From Moniliella sp. 'wahieum' (Eukaryota), in NCBI GenBank assembly GCA_003971905.1, contig RSEE01000004.1, positions 1,054,001 to 1,118,000 of the forward strand: a stretch of 64,000 bases of DNA, in the 5' to 3' direction. Numbering within the stretch: the stretch's first letter is position 1; every line of letters begins with the position of its first letter. The notes below the pieces were generated by a model. The model was not told the origin of the DNA, did not search any database, and was given only the letters and a program-made list of their open reading frames with translations. The position numbers and the translations under genes are program-made. Below, one piece after another: positions 36,788-49,812 of the stretch.

Positions 36788-37582
36788 CCGATCGGCTGAA
36801 AACAAACCACCCGTTTTGCTCCGAAATGGAGCCTAGCGTGAGCGGCGCGCCGCTCGTCCCTTACGACCTTCTCTTTTCCTCGTTCTTTCAACCTTGTCGC
36901 ACAAACATGGTGCACTGCACCCTCCTATTTCCAATCCTCAACGTTCGTTCCCCTGGAAAATCGCACTACTATGCATAAAGTTCCCTATCCTCCCCATCTC
37001 TCCCCTGTGCGGCAGCTGCATGTCAGCTTCGTGTGCTGATACTGGACTTTGTCAAGTCGTCTTGGGCAAAACTATAGTAACTAGGTGGTAGCGGTATCAG
37101 TGAGCAAGCGGGGGCCCAGGGTGTCGGGGACCGAGGGCCGCACATCAAACGCTGTATCACTGCTGGAGAAGGTGAGCCTGAGGCTTGACGACCTGCAAGG
37201 TGTTGGTGCGTGCGGCGTGTTGCATATGGTGTGGCGCGGAACCCTAGTCCCTCTTGCTAACCCAGCCTCAGCCGCCTTGAGCGCGTTCAGCCGCTCAGCT
37301 TCCGCCTTGAAATGTTTCCATTTACGCGTCGAGAAACTCATCGAAGCGTCTGGCAGGCGCCTTTGTGGCAGCCGACGAAGGATTCGGGGTGGATGGTTGA
37401 CGTCAGTCAGAACTCAGTCTCAGCGACGCTCGTGGAGGCTGGGGACGGGGGCCGCACGCCTGTCACATGTCAAACATCTTCAACCCGGTCCCGTTGCTGG
37501 TGTTTCCCCCCAGCGCACCGCCATCGTCGCCACCACCACCACCTAGACCACCTTCACCAGCCCTTCATTCACGCCCCCCGCC

Positions 37583-38391
37583 ATGTTCGCTGTTGTTGTC
37601 GCAGGACGCTTGCCACAGGCCCAGCCAGTCCAAGTCGACCCAACCCACATCATTTCCCCGTCGATGCTGCGGAGACGGTGAATCATCTAGTAGTGTTTAT
37701 GGATGGATCCCAGGCCTTCCACCCGGTTACGCTGCCACGGTCCACTTCCTTTGGCCTGGGCAAGAGCCCCGCTGGATGCTCTTGGTTGGTATGGGTGCTC
37801 TTCTTGTTACGATCGGGGAACTGGTTGCTGACTGCAGGTTGTCTTTCTCGAACTCAGCTTGACCAACGACAAGCCCTCGGCCATCTTCAAGCTTCGTGGT
37901 CCTAGCACTGCATCTGCCGGCGGCGCTGTAGTGGTGGATCCCGCTTTACTGGTACGGGGGATGCCATCAACTTGCAAGGGGGTGTGACGGCCGGGATTGG
38001 TATCTCCATCGAGCCCGCGCAGCAGGTGGAACAACAAATCGCCCAGCTTCCCCGGCCGGGCACCCAGTCGACCGCGCCTGGTGCGGCCACTTCCACTTCG
38101 CTCATTCGACCTGGCAATGAGCAACAGCGCTTGATGGACGCATCTGCCATGGCACCTAAAATTGTTTAGTAGTCGTGTTGTTGGCTGTTTTGCCCCCGCA
38201 TCCTCTTATTTGTCCTACTGACTCCTGCATCCTCTGCTCTTTTTTCTTTGTTCAGCTGAGAACGCTTACAATTACCTGACGTCGTTCGCACCCGACTCGG
38301 CCCCCCAGGCCCTTCCAATCCTGTCCAAATGGCTTGAGCAGTTCCAACAAAAGCTCAAGGCCCGGGGAATGGTTTTCTCACAGAACAATGA
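37583..38391 (+). CDS. OPI10: Opi10/Hikeshi (DUF775) protein
   Basis: MFAVVVAGR, NHLVVFM, PPGYAATVHFLWP, KPSAIFKLR, IGISIEP, ENAYNYLTSF..KWLEQFQQKLK; two introns. Confidence 0.9.
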
Positions 38392-38751
38392 CGTGTCTGA
38401 CGAATATCTCAAGGGTCGGGGTGGTGGATGGCATTGACACTCTGAGCCTCATGCAGCTTCCCTTCACACTGTTTTCTGGGCTTTTACCTGAAGCAGATAT
38501 TTGTGTCACGCTAAATCCAGGAGTGGCAATACATGAAGGCAATACATGAAGGGTGCCCGATTGTTTTGGGCTCAGGACCCAGGCCTGAACACTCAGCCTG
38601 AGTATAGTGCCGTCAAAAATGCAGATCTGTGCTACCTTGAGTTCTCCCACACGACACCGATGGAAGAACTTGGTTGGATCGATTGTCGATAGCCCCCACA
38701 TAAAAGATCACCGGCCAGGCCAGGTCAGGGTCACATGACAAAATACAGCAT

Positions 38752-38793
38752 CACGTGACCTCGTGCACGTCCCACGTGACCTCGTGCACGTCC
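38752..38793. repeat. 21-bp direct duplication containing a CACGTG E-box
   Basis: CACGTGACCTCGTGCACGTCC x2, about 125 bp upstream of ATG 38918. Confidence 0.9.
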
Positions 38794-38917
38794 CATGCGC
38801 GCCGATTGCATGACATTCTAGTGGCTTTTTGGACCAGCGCGTCATCAGTTGGAACATCACTACCCCCACCGCCAGCCCCACCTCCATTTCCATTCCCACG
38901 CTAGCGGCGACACAGCC

Positions 38918-41900
38918 ATGCTCAACCCGAGACCGACTCGACAGCATTCACTCCACGCAAGGCGGCTTCTACCAGGTCGCATATCGACGAGCGCGCCCCG
39001 CCTCCGTGCCTCCCAAGCCAGCACGCCGCTCCATCCACCTGCCAGCCGCTCAGCGGGCTTGCCCAACTTGGCCCCGCAAACGCCAGTGCCGTCTGTGGGT
39101 CGAACAAGACACCCTCTGTTGATATCGTGGCCTCTGGTTTGGGGGCCTCGATGTTAATTCCCAACTTCCTCGCTCTGTGCCCCCCGTGCCCAGCCGACGC
39201 ATGAAGCTCCCTCGGCCTCTCTGTCCCCGCTGCGCCAACGTTCCTATACGCATCATTCCTCGGGTCACGACCAGCAGGATGGGACTTCTTCCATAAAAAC
39301 AGAGTCTCTATCACTTCAGGTTGAAGTCGCTGGCCCGAAAGGGAGGAAAAGGGCCCATATCCCCTGCCAAGCTTCCACGCAAGAGCACTCCGCGGAGCAT
39401 TAAATCGACCTGCTCGGATGGGTCCGACGCTTCCTTCGTGGAGGAGGCCAAAAAGAATGGGTGGGATCGCCCGATCAAAACATCTGCAGTGGAGGAAGTG
39501 TGGATTGATCCTCCTGTCACACCTCGTCGGCGACCTTCGCAACGGTCCAGTTTGCCTCGCTCGAGCTCGCCCAGCAAGGTTCACACCCCTCGCCGCTCCC
39601 CCGTCAAGCAGGGTTCCACGCCTCTGGTTCGGGTTCCCCGACGCCGTTCCTCCCTTCTTGGGCACGGCACGCCAAGACGATCGCTTTTGCCTGACATACC
39701 ACGCCCGCTGAGTCCGAGCGATGATCCCTTGCTCCTCAAGCCCTCCAAAAGCCAACAAGATGTTTCTTGCCTTCTCCAACCAACCTCACCAGAAGGCAGT
39801 ATCGAGACTGTTTCTGGCTTGCATTCTTGGTTGAACCAGGCACAGGCTTCCCCGTTGCCCCCCACCAATAGCTTTCTGTCCTCGTGTACAACAGCAGAAT
39901 CCGACAGATGGGACGAGGAGACCTATGCCTCCGCGCCTGACAATGCTGGCGATGACTTGCCCTCCATGGAACAACTTTCTCTTTCGATGCACTCTGACGC
40001 CAACGATTCCCTTTCTTCGTCCGATACCCGGGTGGACAACGAATCTACCTCGACCTTAAAGGCCTACACTTCCCCCGCTGGTGACCTTGCTCCTAAACAC
40101 AGCAGGGAGGTGACGAAAGTTCGGTCCGACACTGTTGCACTCTTTTGCGACAACCTGCGTTCGACCAACGTTATTGGGGGTTCTGCTGACCTGTCGTCCA
40201 GTTTGGATGCCGAGGTGACTGCGTTGGAAGCGCAGCTGACTACGCAACTCACGTTGGATTCGGTTGACGACTGGGACGATGCCCCTTCTGCCCTATCTTG
40301 TGCTGTAGATGATCCCGAGGGATCCGATTCCGAGGCGCAGATTACTGCCCAACTCACGTGTTGGATGCAACCGACAATTGGGACGACGCACCTTCTGCTT
40401 TGGAGTCGGAGGTATCAACGTCAGAGGCGGAGGTTACTGCCCTGCCCAGCTCACGCTGAGCTCAACCGTCGATTGGGACGAGGCTCCCTCCACTTTGTCT
40501 GAGACCGAGATATCAGCTTTGGAGGCACAGACAACTGCGGAGAACACGTTGGACTTGACCGCCAAATGGGACGACGCGCCTTCTGCTTTGGAGTCTGAGG
40601 CAACAACATCAGAGGCGCAGCTTACTGCCCAGCTCAGCTCGACCGTCGATTGGGACGATGCTCCCTCCACTTTGTCTGAGACCGAGATCTCAGCTTTGGA
40701 GGCGCAGACAACTGCGGAGGACACGTTGGACTTGACCACCACATGGGACGACGCACCTTCTGCATTGCAACCCACAGAAGCGAAGTGGATCGGGATGCGA
40801 CTCTACTTGGGCAGCCGCGCACCAATCACGATACCATCCTTCCTTCCGCCCAACTGTCCCGTACATCCCAAACGATGCGCACGTACGCGTTTATTCCCCC
40901 CACTTCGGCCGTCTCGTCTGGGCCTGTTGGCCCAGACTTGGAACGGGACGGATCGTTTTGTACAGCGAGCACTACCTCAATGTCTTTCGCCTCGGCTGTG
41001 ACGCCAACTCAACCGACGCAGACTTCTTCGGCTGTCAACCTGGCCGTCTGGTCCCGCTCAGACTGGGCTAAATTGGAGTCTGTCCTTATTGCTGAGGTGG
41101 AGGAAAGGGAAGCATGGCGGTGTGCTCGCACGCCTGCCGAGCGGGGTGATGTGGTGGAGACGGCCAGTGTCAGCAAAGTCATCGATCGCTTCCTGGATGC
41201 GCGGGGGGTCGATGCCAGTCAACTGCCTCAGGACGAGGGAGAAGCGGCTTCAGATGGGCAAGGGCAAAAACTCAGTTGGACACCACGGGCGCTCGAGGCA
41301 CGTACCAAATCTCTTCGCATCGGGCTCGCCAAGATGGCCCGGTTGGATGTTGTACAACCTGGCTCGGTCCAAGCGGATGTGAAGCGGTACCGGAGACGGT
41401 TCAAGTCCCCAATAGATCGGCCCTCGGGTCGAGCAGCGGTACCCCCCTTCCACAGCACCCCCATTTCTTCGGGTGGTGCGGCTGGCCGTCGTACGGTGGC
41501 GCCGCCCATCCGACCTGTCGTGGTGCAGCAACCCATCCGACCCGCTGTGGTGGCGGACAAGGCCGAATCGTCTTGCAGGATTGAGTCCGTTCCAGACGAT
41601 CCTTTGCTTCGCACCAAGTCCGACCCCCCAATCCCTCGCCCCAGCCAGGCCGAGATCCAACACCCGCCACCTCCAATACCGTCTCGGATCCCACAGGCCC
41701 GAGCTCGGCCACCTCGTCAACCCGCTTTCATTTGCCCTTTGACGCCTGACCCCCCTCCTAAGCAGGTTCGGGCAGCTTTGGAACCCGCCCGGCCCATGGA
41801 GGAGACGGGGCCACGGTTCCCTTTACACTTGAGGCAGGTGCAGCGTGACGAGCGTGGGGCCCGGAACGCTGGTGCTCACATGGTCGAGGTCCCAGCCATT

Positions 41901-42032
41901 GGTTTACAGCCTCTGAAACCCGCCGTGTTGGCCAGGGCGGGCCTGAGCGAGGTGACCCAGGAGAATGTCACGCCGACGCCCGCGTCTGGGACCGTTTTAA
42001 TGGGGCCTGTGGGGCTCATCTTTGATCCATGA
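38918..42032 (+). CDS. Large uncharacterised protein with internal WD(D/E)AP repeats; frameshifted
   Basis: Chained ORFs of 393, 230 and 429 aa; ordered-looking segment WSRSDWAKLESVL..VIDRFL..WTPRALEARTKSL. Confidence 0.65.
40200..40770 (+). repeat. Coding tandem repeat, six WD(D/E)APS units with 177-nt higher-order duplication
   Basis: TGGGACGA at 40272, 40379, 40474, 40567, 40651 and 40744. Confidence 0.9.
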
Positions 42033-42162
42033 TGCATGTCATACGATGGGTGTATTCCCATTCCATCTCTTGCTCCATATGTACCTTCTGCCCTCTATGA
42101 ATGTGGTTTGGTGTTGCCCTTCACCCTGGGGTGAAGTATGTGATGGGATAGATAGTCGACAG

Positions 42163-42849
42163 TCATCCATCATCCCGGCTCCTTGTGAGTTGCCGCAACT
42201 CTCGAGCGAGATAAGGGAAACCCACACCGTTTCCCCCACCCAGTTGGCGACGATATGATAGCATGGTGAGCTGCCCGGTCTTCAAGCCACAGCACTGGCA
42301 GGTCAACGAACACCAGTACCAGGCAACAGGCAACATACAAGAGGAAATTCGGACTGGGAGATCGAGACGCGTCGCTCGCCAGCAAGCCAGAGTCAAGACG
42401 GCGAAGGGAAGACCACAAAACTTCTAGGAGGGGGGCGGCAAGCGGCAGTCGGGACGCCCCGGGTCCAGCATGAGTTCCAAAATGCCAAGCGTATTGTACT
42501 GATTCGCCATGCCATGGCGGAGCAGTGGTTGTGGCAGGGGATACGCGTGATGGAGACGCAAAACACAGAGATAAACACACCAGGCAGGCTGAAGCGACGT
42601 TCTGATCCACCCGGCCATGGAGAGCGCAAGAATAGATGCTGAGAACCGTATACTTAGGACAGCTAAGTAGTAGCGTAGGCGATCGATTGCGGGCGAACGA
42701 TAGGCGTTTGTGGTGGGAGGAAGCAGGACAAAGTCAACGGGAGAACTGGCTACTAGTGGCCGGCTTGCGTGGCTACGCGCACACCACCAGCCTCGTTGGG
42801 AGGGAGCCCGCGGTGGGATGGGGCTCGTCAGGCCGGAAGTGCTCCACAA
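42163..42849 (-). CDS. Possible small membrane protein
   Basis: Hydrophobic stretches in successive minus frames (YYLAVLSIRFSASILALSMAGW, VFISVFCVSI, FLLYVACCLVLVFVDLPVLW); no homology recognised. Confidence 0.25.
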
Positions 42850-43151
42850 ACGGTGAAGCCAGTTCCCGCCGCAACAAAAAGGCTGTGGCGTTCGAGGCCA
42901 CGAAAATTAAGTGAGCGCTGCGTGGCCGCAACCTGCCTGGTGCCACGTTGGTTGATGCGCCAAGCCGTGTGCGCAGAGTCAGGAACGGTGACTAGTTGGG
43001 CAAGTGGACGCCGCTGTTCTATTCCCCTTCCCCCCCCTCCCAACTTCCCCGCGCCCACCCTCAGTTGCTGCGAGCCGATGCGCGATCCTACTGCCAACCT
43101 GGCCCATGAGCGGCGGTACAACGGCACGAAATCTTCCGCCTCCGGGCAGAG

Positions 43152-44262
43152 ATGATGCTGGTGGGCACGCCGTGTGCGTTAGAGAGTTGCCAGCGGGAGG
43201 ACTTTCTGCCGCTGTGCTGTGGCCAGTGCCACCAGGCCTTTTGCGCGCCCCATGCCCCGGCCAATTTGCATGCCTGCCCGGCGATGGGGGAGGAAGAGAA
43301 GGACTTTTATGTCCCCGTTTGCCCCGTCTGCCTCGACGTCTTTCCAGGCTGGCAGCGCGCGGCGGACGAGTCGCCCCGAGCCCAGGCTCAGGCCCAAGCG
43401 GCCACTGACCAAGCATTGGCACGCCACCTGGCCCAGTGCCCCTCGATGGCGCGCCTCGCTCACTCTCATCCCGGACAGCATATCGACCTGGCCCAAGTTC
43501 GAGACAAGAAAACCAAAACGGCTGCTGGCCAGCCGGTTTGCCAGGCCAAAGCATGCCACAAGACCTTAATCACCCCCATCGTCGTATGTCTCCTCTCATT
43601 CCCCGAAGCGGACAGGGCGGCTTCCGTTTTTGATGCTGACTTCCGCGACCATCTCGTCCCATCCCATTGCATTGCATTGCATTGCATTCCATCCTAACTC
43701 CTTCTGTTTCTTCTCCTACTTCTGCCGCCCAGTGCCCTGCGGCCATGCCGCATTCTGCCCTTCGCACCGCATGCCGATCAACACGCCTGTTCGGCCCAGC
43801 AGGCCCGGCCTTCTGGCCCCCACTCACTGCAGCCCAGGCCGCGCGAGCCCATTGGGCGCGGCTAGGACCCACCAACCGGGCCAAGGATCCCAAGCCCCGT
43901 CCATCCACGCTGCCCCGCCCCGAGCCTGCCCCTAAGGCCCCGCCAACGAATGCGACGTGGTCGTTTGGTGAGTGGCGGCGTAAGCTCGCGGCTGCGAGTC
44001 CGAGCGTGGGAAAGTCCGATTCGTATGTACCCAATCTCCTGGGGATCGAAGGTCGAGAGCGGGATGCTAACGTGTAGGAATTTGCAGAGAAAAACCGAGC
44101 GGAGAGCGAGCGGGCGTCCCAGATTCGGGCCATGGCCGCTCGTCATGCTCGTGGCTTGTTGAGTGCCAAGGAGGAGGTGACGTTTGCGGAGCTATGTGCT
44201 CAGAATCCCGACCTGGCCAAGCGCCTCAAGCTAAGCGACAAGAAACGGTGACCATTGCGTAA
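43152..44262 (+). CDS. AN1-type zinc-finger protein (Cuz1/ZFAND2-like)
   Basis: VGTPCALESCQREDFLPLCCGQCHQAFCAPH..HAC; PVCPVC; second AN1 finger CQAKACHK..C..FCPSHR split by an intron at about 43584-43732. Confidence 0.9.
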
Positions 44263-44600
44263 CCCTCTAAAAGGACTGGCAGACACAGAATGTTGAACGT
44301 GGGAGAAAGAAGAACGATATCCTAACCCAAGTGGTCATACACGCCCCTTGCTTCCTTCTCTTCCCAAGCAACACTCACGAGCCAATGGCGCGAGATACAT
44401 GATGCATGATGCATTGCCCAGTCGTTTCAAGCGAGCGAGATCCAGGCTGGGTATTAAAGATGTGAGCAGGAGACGGAAGTAGAGAAAGGTGTGACAGAGT
44501 AGGATGGACAGTATCAGGATGGATATCATCAGCATGGACGGCATCAGGACGAGCAACATCGATCCTTGAGAAACTCAGGTCCTAGTGATGGCACCCAATC

Positions 44601-45921
44601 CTACTGAGAAGCAGGCTTAATCATGGCTTGCACCCATTCGTACACCCCGAATGATACGCCGATGGACGGGGCAACTTTAAGTAAGTTGGGCCAGAGACCA
44701 CGATACAAACCACGGATGCCATCGTTGCGGATAATGGTAGCAAACACGTCGTACGACGTCTTGTCATTGTACCCCAACTTGGCTTTGCTATCGGGCATAC
44801 CAGCAACTTGCATTCTTCTCCGAAGCACGTCAAGCGGGTATGTGAGCGTCTGGGAAATGCTACCAGCGACCGCACCAGCAACCAGCTTCTCTATCCCGGT
44901 CACACCTTCGTTGGGGGATGCCAAGGCAGCCCACGTTTGGATTACTGAGCCAGCCCATCCGGTTGTTTGCATGGGCGCGCACCGAGTCGCGCACACGCAC
45001 AACCCGCCCTCGAAGGTATTCATAGATGAAGAAGTTGCCTGCAACGTAAGGCGCCACTCCCTGAAAAATGGGTCAGTACCAACATGGGGGAAGAATGACG
45101 AGAAGGGCGGGTGTGGAGAGGTGGAAATACACAAAACGTACCAAACTGACAGGGATGCAGCCGCGGTAGAGGCCGCGCATACCCCCTCTTCACGATACAC
45201 TTTGGCTGTCATGGCCCAGATGCCAGGGATTTTGGGAAGGGGAGCGGCAGAGGTAGCTGCGGTGCCGCCGGCAGCAGCTGCTTGCGACTTTCGTACCATC
45301 AGGTCGGCCGTGGCGATGGAGATGCGAGCACGAACAAGATCTAACGGGTACGTGGACACGACGCTAGCAATGCCAGCCAAGGCGCCTGCGCTGAAGCGAG
45401 CAGTAGGAGAAAGCTGTGTTTGTCCTGGTCGTTGAGGGTCTGGCGTGGCCAAACTGGTTTTGAGTACTTCGTATGTTGCAAATTGGACCGCACTGTAGGG
45501 CGCGATGCGGAGGCAGTTGATCCCGTTGCCCCGGAAGAGGCCTGGGACCCTCTTGCTGGACCATCTTTTTGAGCCCTTGCCACACACCCGAGTAGGAGCC
45601 CTTGGATCGGGCCCCCGTGGCGGGGTTGTGGGGCTGGACCTGCATGATGATCTTGAGGCGCTCCAGGGGGAAACCACGGTGCGACTCGCGGCACCGGCCC
45701 GCCGCACCGCCGGCAATGAAGTAGGACATCAGCTTGTCCTGGTCGAAAGAAGACGTCGGGGGCGAGAAGGTGGTCGGGGCGAAGGCGAGGAGGGAGGGGA
45801 GGCGGAGCGGAAGCGAGGGGGAGGCGACGCGGGGGTCAGTGGGCACCGCCTCAGCGGCGGCGACGCTGACCGGCTGGTCGTGCCACTGGCGCCGGGGCGT
45901 CGTCTCCGTCTCCGGAGGCAT
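44601..45921 (-). CDS. Mitochondrial carrier (SLC25; YPR011C/Leu5-like nucleotide/CoA subgroup)
   Basis: Three Px[DE]xx[KR] repeats: PLERLK, YPLDLVRAR, YPLDVLRRRMQ; GNGINCLRIAPYSAVQF; GLYRGLWPNLLKVAPS. Confidence 0.93.
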
Positions 45922-46856
45922 GGGGGCGGGCGCGAGAAGGAGGGGGTGGAAGAGGCAGAGGAGACACCCCACAGCCGGCCTCTCTGCTCCGGCGGACCGA
46001 GCGGATCGGGTACCCACAGCACCGCGCGAAGAGTATTTTCCGGCTGGCTGGCAGAAGACCCGAGGCGAAAGTTTCAAGTGTCTAGCCTAGGGCCTAGAAG
46101 CCCCAGGGCTGGAGACCGGTGACTGCTGATCGATGATCTCGTGAGTCTCGAGAGCAGCTCAGAGCAGTCACCGGTCCATCACCGATGCTGGCTCCGACGC
46201 CCCGAGCGCCTTCGGGGAGCGCCGGAGCGGACCGGGGAAACGAATACCCGAGTGCCGCGTGCCCATCGCCCCCAGGCACAGCGCCAGTCGCTGGACGCTC
46301 CAGGCGATCTCCTGCCGCCGCTGCGTTCCCATGCTCCCACTGGGTCGGCCGAGCCGATCAATGCGCAGCTTCAGCGCTTAGCCTCAGCGCCAGCGCAGCC
46401 CCATCGCGTGCTTGGCAGGCAGCACGAGGACCAACGCGTTGTAATGTGGAACGCGTACCGCGTATCCCCGTCTCGTACGCCACCAAGTTGGTTGGCCTGC
46501 GCGCTATAAGCGCTCTGTGGAGCCTCAGGGCGTCCACACACATCGACACCCTGTCCATGCGTCAAGCGCCGTCACATGTCACACCATTTGTATCGTCCAG
46601 GCTTGATCATCAATCCATTAGTCCATGCACTGCACCATCATCTGGCAAGGCGGCGCCCAGCCAGGTCGGGCGAATTGTGTTTGTTTCTGCCACCGGCTTC
46701 GGACCGGCCGCTTCTGCCGCTGCGAATGAATGCACCGCGCCTCCATCATTATGAGCACGAGTGACATTGGCTAGTCAGTTCGTCAAGCTCCAACCAACCA
46801 GTCCACCTGCGCTTTCCAACGCAGTCGGTCTTCCCACCCACGTCTCCAGCAGCATT

Positions 46857-48099
46857 CTAGTCCTCACGAATCGACGAGGAACGCGACGAAGATAATGGCA
46901 CGCCTGGTCTAATGGGAGGGCTGCCGGTACGCTCGTCCAGCCAGGCATGATGGCCCAAGCGAGAGCGTTGGGACGAAGGACGGGGAAGGTTCGGCGGCCG
47001 CGGGGGAACTGGCGGCACCGATTCCGCCGAGGTATTCACCACGTTCGTTTCGCTCGCCACGCGTGACAAGAGGTGCACCCCCTCCTCTGTCGCACCGTCA
47101 TCGTCTTCCTCTTCTGCCAGAATACGATTGACTGGGCCATGAGGTAGTACCCCAGCACGGCAGCCAACAGGGCTCCTCCCACGGCGCTTCCGCCTTCAAT
47201 CCACTTGATCCCGCTGGCTTGGTCGTGTCCGTGTCCATCAGCTCGTACAATACTTTGCCCGAGTATACTAGATGAGCAGGCGCGGAGAAGCAAGAAAGGT
47301 AGCCAGGGCGAATTCAGGCAGACGCACACTTGGCATGGCGGCAAAGAAGAGGTTAAAGTCTAACAACTCAGCAGTCAGTTCTCTGTCGCGCGAAGAGGGG
47401 GGAGGGGGGGGGAGGGTGCGACAAGAAATGAAACGTACAACCATAAGAAATGGGACAAAGACGGATCAGAATGAGCATCCCGAACCCACGTTCACGGATA
47501 GCCCGTCCATGGCTCGACAGCGACGGTCCTCCCGCACTTGGTGAAGAGGGCGCACCACGGCAGTGATCCAGGAATTTGAGTGGCTTCGGGTCCCTCGCCA
47601 CGTGGGAAGTGTCTCATCCTCGGCTCGAGCCACCATATCGAGCATTCGGCGGATCAGGAGGAAGGCCAGACAAGCCCCAATGACACTAGCAGTAATGGCA
47701 AGGGAAGCGCCGTACCAAAAACTGGACTCGGTGGTGCCTGCTGCGTTAGAGCTAAAGGCCAGTCCACACAAGGTAACCGACATGGAAAAGCCTGGCAGGG
47801 GGGGAAACTGGCCACTGCAATTAGTGACATGGAGATGAGAGGACCCCAAGGGCGCGACGCTAACCACTGGGCGGCTGCGATCAAAACTGAAGGGACGGTC
47901 AGACGGTTGCGCAGATACGCCCAAGAAATTGCAAAGACATACACTCAAAGTACCGTTTGGGGCCATAGTAGACACCCACACAAACGACAGCGGCGTAGAG
48001 CAGGCCGACAATTGCGATGGCCACCTGGGCGGGCCGCTCCAGCGCATGCCAACGCGCATGCAGCGCTGCAACGTGCGAGCGGATAGAAGAAAGCGTCAT
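46857..48099 (-). CDS. TVP38: Golgi membrane protein Tvp38 (SNARE-associated/VTT-DedA family)
   Basis: VASFPPLPGFSMSVTLCGLAF, ASVIGACLAFLLIR, RAIRERGFGMLILIRLCPI; multiple TM segments; introns. Confidence 0.85.
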
Positions 48100-48724
48100 G
48101 AAGAAAAACAATTCAGACGCTAGTGGCTGGAGGGGACATCCTGCTACGCCGGAGGCGGGTGGAGATGGACGAAGATGGTTGGGGTAGATGCCGGTGGGGA
48201 TCCACTGCAACAGCCTACCGCTTGGGTGCGTGGGTCTTCAACAAAACCGCCACTGCGCAGTCCCTGATAGTCCGTGGCGGAAACAGCGAGGCAACGTGGA
48301 GCTAAGCGCAGCCAGCTGGCGGAACGTGGTTGAGCGTTGTCAGCACGTTCAGTTGAACGTCGTGTTGAAGTTCAACATTGCAACAATGCAACCTGTGTTC
48401 CTTCCCTGTCGTTGCTTCCTAACGCTCACAACTGCTGTCGCTCTCACATCAGGACCTGCTGACATCTTATCCAACGCAGCCGACAGAAAGATGCATCCTA
48501 CATAGATCGAGACAAACGGGTGGGACGATCAGGGGGGCATACCGCAGTATGGATTTTGGGGTGCGGTTTGACCAGCAGCCTCAACGGCAATCCAGCGCAT
48601 GGCCAGATAGAAAGGGGTTATCTGGCAAGCCTGAGCCCAGCGTTTACAGTCACGCTCTGAAATAGCGAGGCAGTCATAATTTGGGCAAGATCAGAGGGGG
48701 CGAGTGCGGTGGCAGGGGGCCGAT

Positions 48725-49301
48725 TTACTCGTCGTCCTCCTCCTCCTCGTCGCCGCCCTCGGCCGCGGCCTTGGCACGCTTGCGCTTCACGCGACCCTCG
48801 CGACCACCGCCGTAAGGCGAGTTGAGAGCAAAGTCAATGTGCTTCTGGCTGTCGAGACGGACAACGAACGAAGGAACGTTGACAATCTGCTTGCCGACGC
48901 GAATGTGGCGCTGGCGGATGAGCACACGAGCGTGGTGGATCGACTTGGCCAGACCCGTCTTGAAGACCTGGGTTTGCAAGCGGCGCTCGAGGAAGTCCTC
49001 AACGTGAGGGACAGCACGTAGTCAAGGCGCATGCGCGTCTCGTCCAGACGCCAATGCGCACCAGACGACGAATGATGGCGTTGCCCTCAAACAGGCGCTT
49101 GGGGTCCTTCTCGTCCAGCTTCAGCAGCTCACGGGCGGCACGACGGATCTTGGAGAGGGTGAGCGAGATGCGCCAGATCTCCGTCTTGTTACGAAGACCG
49201 TATTCACCGGCCAGCTTGAGCTCCGAGTCGAGACGCGAGGCCTCAAAGGGGCGACGGGGAACCTTGTAGGTCTTCGACTGCTTCCGCGGGGCCAGAGGCA
49301 T
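48725..49301 (-). CDS. RPS9: 40S ribosomal protein S9 (uS4)
   Basis: [63 protein letters not shown]; 5'UTR intron 49307-49389. Confidence 0.99.
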
Positions 49302-49812
49302 CTTTACTGAACAGATTAGCCCAGGTCAGTCCATGCGTCCGACATGCATAGGAGCGGACAGCATCCCAAGCCTGGACAACAATCCTCACCTTGACGTTGA
49401 GTGTCGAGTTGGCGGACGTCTGGGTCAACTGGTCCAACCCCAAAATCCAAGCAAGGCCTGCGAACGGAAAGCAAAAGGCGGAAACGGCGCAGCGGCAGTG
49501 TAGGATTCCAAAAATGAATTGAGCACACTGGCCCAGTACGGCGTTGATGCCGCAGTAAATTTAATAGGGTTGCCCCTTGGCCCCTCAGAGTCGCTCAAGC
49601 TTGGCCAGCATCCTGCTGGACAACCACACAAGGCCAAGCTTTGACCTCGTAAGTTGGCCAACCTCCTTGGGGTTGTGTGCTGTGAATGGTACGGTGGGGT
49701 TTCCATGGAAGCCGATGCGTCAGACCCCCAATGCCCCTCACGCACGCCGACGAAGAGCCGCCTGAGTATGCAAAACTGACCTTCCTTGTGCTGTTGCCCG
49801 TTCAGTCCAGCC

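Noticed and set aside
37081..37341. 86-aa minus-strand ORF MSFSTRKWKHF..
   Set aside because: It overlaps the OPI10 upstream region rich in CTNAG and AACCCTA motifs and has no recognisable homology; probably a chance ORF.
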